Assembly: GCA_049970895.1 (NCBI GenBank)
Contig: JBMFMB010000001.1
Coordinates: 96,001-160,000, forward strand
Origin: Candidatus Bathyarchaeia archaeon
GTDB taxonomy: Archaea > Thermoproteota > Bathyarchaeia > Bathyarchaeales > Bathycorpusculaceae
DNA: 64,000 nucleotides
Direction of reading: 5' to 3'
Positions 59,277-64,000 of the stretch are shown in pieces. Every line of letters starts with the position of its first letter. Position 1 is the stretch's first letter. Under the pieces are notes generated by a model. That model saw only the letters and a program-made list of their open reading frames with translations. It ran no database searches and was not told where the DNA came from. The translations under genes were made by a program, and so were the position numbers.

Positions 59277-60062
59277 CTATTTGATTATAAGCCTTGCTAT
59301 GTCCTCTCGGTCCACTATGCCCATTAGCTTTCCGTCCTTGTCTATGACTGGAACCCTTCCAATGTCTTTTGAAACCATTACTTTTGCGACTCTTATCGCC
59401 TTAACTGATGGTTGGACAGCGATAACGTTTGTTTCCATGACGGCTGAAATCTTTGTTGGAGCCCTAAACCTTCCCTTATGCGCCTCAAATGTTGGCATGA
59501 GGGTTCCGCTTTCAAGGAGGTCTTTCTGCGTAACGATGCCCACAAGCTTGTCTTTGACGACAACAGGGAGTCCGGCTAAAGACTTGTTCTGCATTAACCG
59601 CCAAACGTTGTCAACTTCATCGTCTGGAGAACATGCTAGGAGGTTTGTTGACATTATTTCTGAAACTGGTTTTGCAAGCTTTTCTGGGCTTGTCTTAATT
59701 ATGTTTTCTATGAAGTTTTCTAAGCCAAAAACTCCCTTCAATAAGTTTTCTGTTTTGCTGTTTACAACTGGTGTGCACCACTCGTCTACGCGTAGCATCT
59801 CCCTAACCGCTTGGAAGGCATCGTCTTCCGTTGTGGCGACATGCTTTGGGTTTGTCATTATACCTTTCACTTTTATGGACGAAACAGAGGAGGATATGGT
59901 CATAACTGCGCCGCGGGAGACTATTCCCAAAAGTTTTCTTTCCCTGTTTGTGACTGGCAGCATTCTTAGGGAGAAGTCGCGGATGATGGCGCGGGCTTTT
60001 GTTGCAAGCTCATCATCATAAATAAAGGGGTGCTTTTCATTTAATACTTCTTTGACACGCAA
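59277..60062 (-). CDS. CBS domain protein (two pairs)
   Basis: LPV, PVV, GLPVV, GRVPVI. Confidence 0.9.
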   Translation of the reverse strand: MRVKEVLNEKHPFIYDDELATKARAIIRDFSLRMLPVTNRERKLLGIVSRGAVMTISSSVSSIKVKGIMTNPKHVATTEDDAFQAVREMLRVDEWCTPVVNSKTENLLKGVFGLENFIENIIKTSPEKLAKPVSEIMSTNLLACSPDDEVDNVWRLMQNKSLAGLPVVVKDKLVGIVTQKDLLESGTLMPTFEAHKGRFRAPTKISAVMETNVIAVQPSVKAIRVAKVMVSKDIGRVPVIDKDGKLMGIVDREDIARLIIK

Positions 60063-60080
60063 AAAATCTCCCCTTTCTCA

Positions 60081-60686
60081 TTATTCACTTTCCAATTCGG
60101 CTCTACAATCTTCGCAGAGGAATTCCCCATCCACCTCTTTAAGGTTGTCCGACCACCCGCCACAGCGGTCGCAGTAGCCAGCTAGGGAGGATTCCTCCTC
60201 TTCCACCATGGTTGTTTGGGCTAGGTTTTCGCCTTCTATTAGGGCTTTCTCCTGAATCGTTTCAATGAGTTCTGGCATGACGGCTAATATGTCCTTGCTG
60301 GAAAGAATTCCAATGAGTTGCCCCTTGTAGACTACGCCTAGCCTCCTAATGTTTAGTCTGCTCATTTTTCTTGCGGCTTCATTTATTGTTTCGTCTGGCT
60401 CTATTGTTATGAGTGGAGTGGTCATAACCTCTTTTGCCTTCAAAGTGTCGGGCTTAACGTTTTTTGCAAGGACCCTTGTTACTAGGTCTCTTTCTGTTAT
60501 GATTCCTATGGGTTTTCCATCCTTACTGGTCACTATTATGCATCCTAAGGCATGCTTGTCCATGAGTTCTGCGACGTGGTTTATTGGGGCGTCCTCATCC
60601 ACGGTTATCACTGGGCTGCTCATAACGTCTCTAACCAGCATTCTTGACCTTAAACCGATTTCAGCCATGTTTTCCCACTGTTCCAA
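60081..60686 (-). CDS. CBS pair + C-terminal zinc ribbon protein
   Basis: GIITERD; GYCDRCG...FLCEDC. Confidence 0.88.
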   Translation of the reverse strand: MEQWENMAEIGLRSRMLVRDVMSSPVITVDEDAPINHVAELMDKHALGCIIVTSKDGKPIGIITERDLVTRVLAKNVKPDTLKAKEVMTTPLITIEPDETINEAARKMSRLNIRRLGVVYKGQLIGILSSKDILAVMPELIETIQEKALIEGENLAQTTMVEEEESSLAGYCDRCGGWSDNLKEVDGEFLCEDCRAELESE

Positions 60687-60825
60687 GTTTTTGTGTTTGG
60701 CTGCTCACTCAACTCAAAATGTAAAGAGACATTTAAAACTTGTCGTGTTCCAAGCAATACATCACTTTATGGAGAGGAAACTTATTATCCGAGACCAGCG
60801 TTGACTATCCGTCGAGGAGAAAAAC

Positions 60826-61716
60826 GTGTTAAGAACAAACGTTGACAAGCTTGTTAAGATTTCAGTTGTGGGTGAGGTTGCAAGCCCAGTTTATGGAAGA
60901 GGCATATACAATATTTCAGCCGAAGGCGTTCCCATGGTTTTGCCTGGCGTAGGCGGAATAACCTACAATGTGAGGGTTGGCGATCTGGCATGTGGCTGGG
61001 AAGCCGACCACGTGGAGCCAGGAGTAAGCATAGAGAACAAGGAGAATGATCCACGGTATGGTCAAGGCGCGAATACAGCCTTAAACGTGCTTTCATGTGT
61101 TGGGAATGAGGCTGTTGTGGTTTCCGGGGATGCCAAAGGCGCTAGGGGTGTTGTCACTGGCAAGCATGGTGGGATAGAACATGTGCTTGTGGACTTTCAG
61201 CCCGAAACTCTTGAAAAGCTCATGCTTGGCGACAAGGTTCTGGTGAAGGCTTTCGGCGTAGGCTTGAAGCTTTTGGATTTTCCAGAAATTAAGGTTATGA
61301 ATATGGACCCGCGCTTTTTGGAGGCTTTAGACCCGAAACCCGTCGGCGACAAGTTGGAGGTCCCGGTTACGCATGTTATTCCGGCGGCAATTATGGGTTC
61401 AGGTTTGGGTGCCAACCAGACTTATTCTGGGGATTATGACATACAGCTTTTCGATGAAGCCACAAGGAAGGAGTATGGGCTTGACGATTTGAGGCTTGGC
61501 GATTTGGTGGCAATATTGGACGCTGACCATTCTTATGGGCGGATTTACCGCAAGGGCGCTGTTTCAGTTGGCATAGTTGTCCACACAAACTGCGTTACTT
61601 CTGGGCATGGTCCAGGCGTAACAACCCTCTTCACGTCGTCCACTGGGAAGATTATTCCAAAAATTGATTCTAAGGCGAATATTGCTTACATTCTGAAACT
61701 GAGAACAGATATATAG
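60826..61716 (+). CDS. DUF4438 family protein
   Basis: LPGVGGITYN, DHVEPG, SCVGN, GKHGG, GDYDI, GHGPGVT. Confidence 0.8.
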   Translation: MLRTNVDKLVKISVVGEVASPVYGRGIYNISAEGVPMVLPGVGGITYNVRVGDLACGWEADHVEPGVSIENKENDPRYGQGANTALNVLSCVGNEAVVVSGDAKGARGVVTGKHGGIEHVLVDFQPETLEKLMLGDKVLVKAFGVGLKLLDFPEIKVMNMDPRFLEALDPKPVGDKLEVPVTHVIPAAIMGSGLGANQTYSGDYDIQLFDEATRKEYGLDDLRLGDLVAILDADHSYGRIYRKGAVSVGIVVHTNCVTSGHGPGVTTLFTSSTGKIIPKIDSKANIAYILKLRTDI

Positions 61717-61764
61717 GTGTGCATGGCTTTATCATGCATAGAACAGTCAAAAGGTTGTTGTGTT

Positions 61765-62055
61765 ATGCCATATAAGAGGAAGAGTCGAGGAAGGTCGAAG
61801 GGCGCTAAGGGTAGGAGCGGTTTTGTTCAGTGTGCCAACTGCGGGGAGCTTGTGCCAAGGGATAAAGCAAAAAAAGTGACGCGAAGGCTTTCTTTGGTTG
61901 ATCCTGCTTTGGCTAGGGAGCTTCGCCAGAAAGGTGCCTACATTTCTGCGCCTGTTGACACAAAATATTATTGTGTTTCATGCGCCGTCCATTATGGTAT
62001 TGTGAAGGTTCGTGCAAGAGAAGAGCGTAAGCTCCGCGTTGGCAGAAAATTCTAG
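61765..62055 (+). CDS. rps26e: Ribosomal protein eS26
   Basis: MPYKRKSRGR, VQC.NCG..VPRDKA, YCVSCAVH. Confidence 0.96.
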   Translation: MPYKRKSRGRSKGAKGRSGFVQCANCGELVPRDKAKKVTRRLSLVDPALARELRQKGAYISAPVDTKYYCVSCAVHYGIVKVRAREERKLRVGRKF

Positions 62056-62663
62056 CCTTCGGCGTTTTTCCCTTTCTTGCTTAAAGCCTTATAGGCATAT
62101 AGGCTTCTCTGCAGCACTGTTAGGTTTGTGAGCACCGCCAACAGTATCATGCCAGCTTCTATTATGCCAACAAAGAATATTTCGGCTATGCTTGTAGCCG
62201 CAATTATTATTATTCGTTCGGCTCTCTCAGCAAAACCTATGGTTTCCATTTTTATGCCCGCTGCTTCGGCTCTGGCGCGGGAGTAGCTCACCAGCAAAGA
62301 GCCTATTAACGCGACGAGACCCCATGGAACTGTGCACAGTTTGCCCAATATTATGCCCATATAAACCGCTGAGTCTGCGTATCTATCAAGAAGTGAGTCC
62401 AAGAAGCCTCCGAAAGGAGTTGTTTTTTGGCATAGTCTTGCTAAGGCTCCGTCCAGCACATCGCAGTATCCAGATAGCAGAAGTAGGACAACAGCCAAAG
62501 CCATTGTTGTGCTTTGGCGTCCGTTGTCGTAGGCCAATGCTGAAAGAATGGCTAGAAGGATGCCTATGGCGCTTATAATGTTTGGTTTTAAGCCTATCTT
62601 GTTGGCGGCTTTTGCTTGGGTTTTTATGGCTGACTGCACCTTTGCCTTTAGCCTTGTCAGCAT
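62052..62663 (-). CDS. CDP-alcohol phosphatidyltransferase (archaetidylinositol phosphate synthase-like)
   Basis: D..DGA.AR......FGG.LDS..DR; SYSRARAE. Confidence 0.88.
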   Translation of the reverse strand: MLTRLKAKVQSAIKTQAKAANKIGLKPNIISAIGILLAILSALAYDNGRQSTTMALAVVLLLLSGYCDVLDGALARLCQKTTPFGGFLDSLLDRYADSAVYMGIILGKLCTVPWGLVALIGSLLVSYSRARAEAAGIKMETIGFAERAERIIIIAATSIAEIFFVGIIEAGMILLAVLTNLTVLQRSLYAYKALSKKGKNAEG

Positions 62664-62740
62664 GTTGTTTCGCTTTTTCTTTGTGGCAATTTTTATTTAA
62701 AAATTACAACACATCATGAGGCTGTGGGTGAAATGGCTCC

Positions 62741-63034
62741 ATGATAAATGTGGCTCAAGTTAAGGTTGGCAATAAAACATGCTTAGGTGTTAAAGTTGAG
62801 CTTCCAGAATCGCCTCCGCTGATTTTGATTTTGGCGGAGAAGGGTTTTGTTATGTGCGGATTCCTAAACATTGAGGTTGCAGAACGCTGGGGAGTGGTTG
62901 CGGCCATGGTGAGCGGAGTAAAAACCTTTGAAGACATTTTAAACGCCGAGGTTAAGGCTGCCACTTCAAAGGCTAAGGGCATGGGCGTTCAGCCCGGAAT
63001 GCGGGGTGCAGAAGCACTAGCGCGTATGCTGTAA
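62741..63034 (+). CDS. YunC/DUF1805 family protein
   Basis: GFVMCGFLN, AA.VSGVKT.ED.L, GMRG.EAL. Confidence 0.85.
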   Translation: MINVAQVKVGNKTCLGVKVELPESPPLILILAEKGFVMCGFLNIEVAERWGVVAAMVSGVKTFEDILNAEVKAATSKAKGMGVQPGMRGAEALARML

Positions 63035-63217
63035 ATGTCAATTTTGCTGTTGGCGGCATACTGCAAAATACCTAGTACCTACCCCCTATAGTTTCTGCAC
63101 TTGCCTGCTCAAATTTATGCTCTGCACCTTTTGTAAATTGGATACCCTTGTAGGGATTTCGGCTTATTGGATGGAAAATGGTTGCAGAAAAAGCTTAAGG
63201 TGACCTTCCCTTTCCCT

Positions 63218-64000
63218 CTAGCTCTGCTTGACTTTTGGTTCAGTTACGAAAATGGTTGTTGCCACCGCTGTGGATGCCATGGCGACTAGCAGAAGAAGGA
63301 ATGGCGCCATTTTTGAAATCGTTTCATAGAGGAAGCCGCCTAAAAGCAGCGCCGCAGATCCGAGGAGGCAGTCTATGAAGTTTGAAAATCCCAAAAGTTT
63401 TCCTCTGTACTCTTTTGGGGGTTAGGTCAGCTTGTAGGGATAAGTATGCAGTAAAGACTAGGACGTTGCAGATTGCCGAAAACATTGAAAAGGCGTACAA
63501 TCCCAAAGGGTTGCCGTGTAGAAACAATGCCACCGCAAGGGCTCCGGATATGGAGGAAAAGATTAGTGGCTTCTTTCTGCCAATTTTGTCCACCATCTTG
63601 TCTACTGGAAGCAGTGTGCAGAAAAATGTTATTGAATTGACGGTTTGCAGAACTGCCCATTGGAGTTCATCTACTCCTAAAACTTTGGTGGCGTAAAGCA
63701 CGTAGTAGGGTATGCACATCCTAACAAAAAACAGGAGGGGCGTGAAGATGAGGAAAAGGTAAAGCGTCGCTTTTGGTAAGAATTTCCAGATGGTTACGCA
63801 CTCTTTAAAGGCTTTAGGGTATTCTTTCAGAAACTCTGAAAAGGAAAATCCAGCTCTCTCAGTTTTCACCGTCTCCCTCAACCTTAGAAGTATTATTCCG
63901 GAGATAAGCCAGCATATGGAAACTATTATGTAGGCTGTCTCATTCCGGCTACCAGCTCATATTTTAGGCATAATATTCCGGCGACAACTGGCGAAAGGAT
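63218..64000 (-). pseudogene. MFS transporter, frameshifted (3' part; begins outside the window)
   Basis: DKIGRK motif and LQADLTPK; frameshifts near 63920 and 63415 (EYRGKLLGF continues in another frame). Confidence 0.65.

Noticed and set aside
58367-60021. Long plus-strand ORFs (215 and 246 aa) over the CBS genes, and similar shadow ORFs elsewhere
   Set aside because: They are antisense, codon-mirror ORFs of well-supported genes with no motifs of their own.
63218-64000. MFS frameshifts as introns or programmed frameshifting
   Set aside because: Small indels with no hairpin or BHB; ordinary decay or sequence error.

Overview
Archaeal chromosomal window from the TACK group, most consistent with Bathyarchaeia. 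This placement is an inference from gene content (eS26, eL41, a Cren7-like domain, TackOD1, TFB, Cdc48, a Bathyarchaeia-type integrase tail). Most of it is housekeeping: moeA x2, a type IV pilus locus, an ECF transporter, aspS, alba, sucCD, tfb/gar1, ribosomal proteins, tRNA-iMet, mat, truD, pth2, a geranylgeranyl reductase, cdc48, ef1b, fen1, trpB2, glmS, a split metE, trm5 and CBS proteins. The best novel signal is that pcm (protein-L-isoaspartate methyltransferase) is interrupted by a 31-nt insert (50418-50448) that folds as a bulge-helix-bulge. Cutting at the canonical BHB positions restores the conserved SAPHMV motif exactly, so this looks like a spliced mRNA intron in a protein-coding gene other than cbf5. 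The second highlight is a 1.76-kb decayed integrative element (45457-47225) inserted in the last codons of a Zn-finger gene. It supplies a recoded 3' end for that gene and carries a cas6 pseudogene, two complementary halves of one 30-nt CRISPR repeat and an integrase tail. Also absent from the ORF track or otherwise notable: eL41 with a probable ATT start, eL40, an 18-aa Lys-rich micro-ORF, two box C/D sRNAs, a Cren7-like zipper / zipper-only divergent gene pair, and a 46-nt exact repeat between the two Cdc48 Walker A motifs. All calls were made by eye; no database searches were run.
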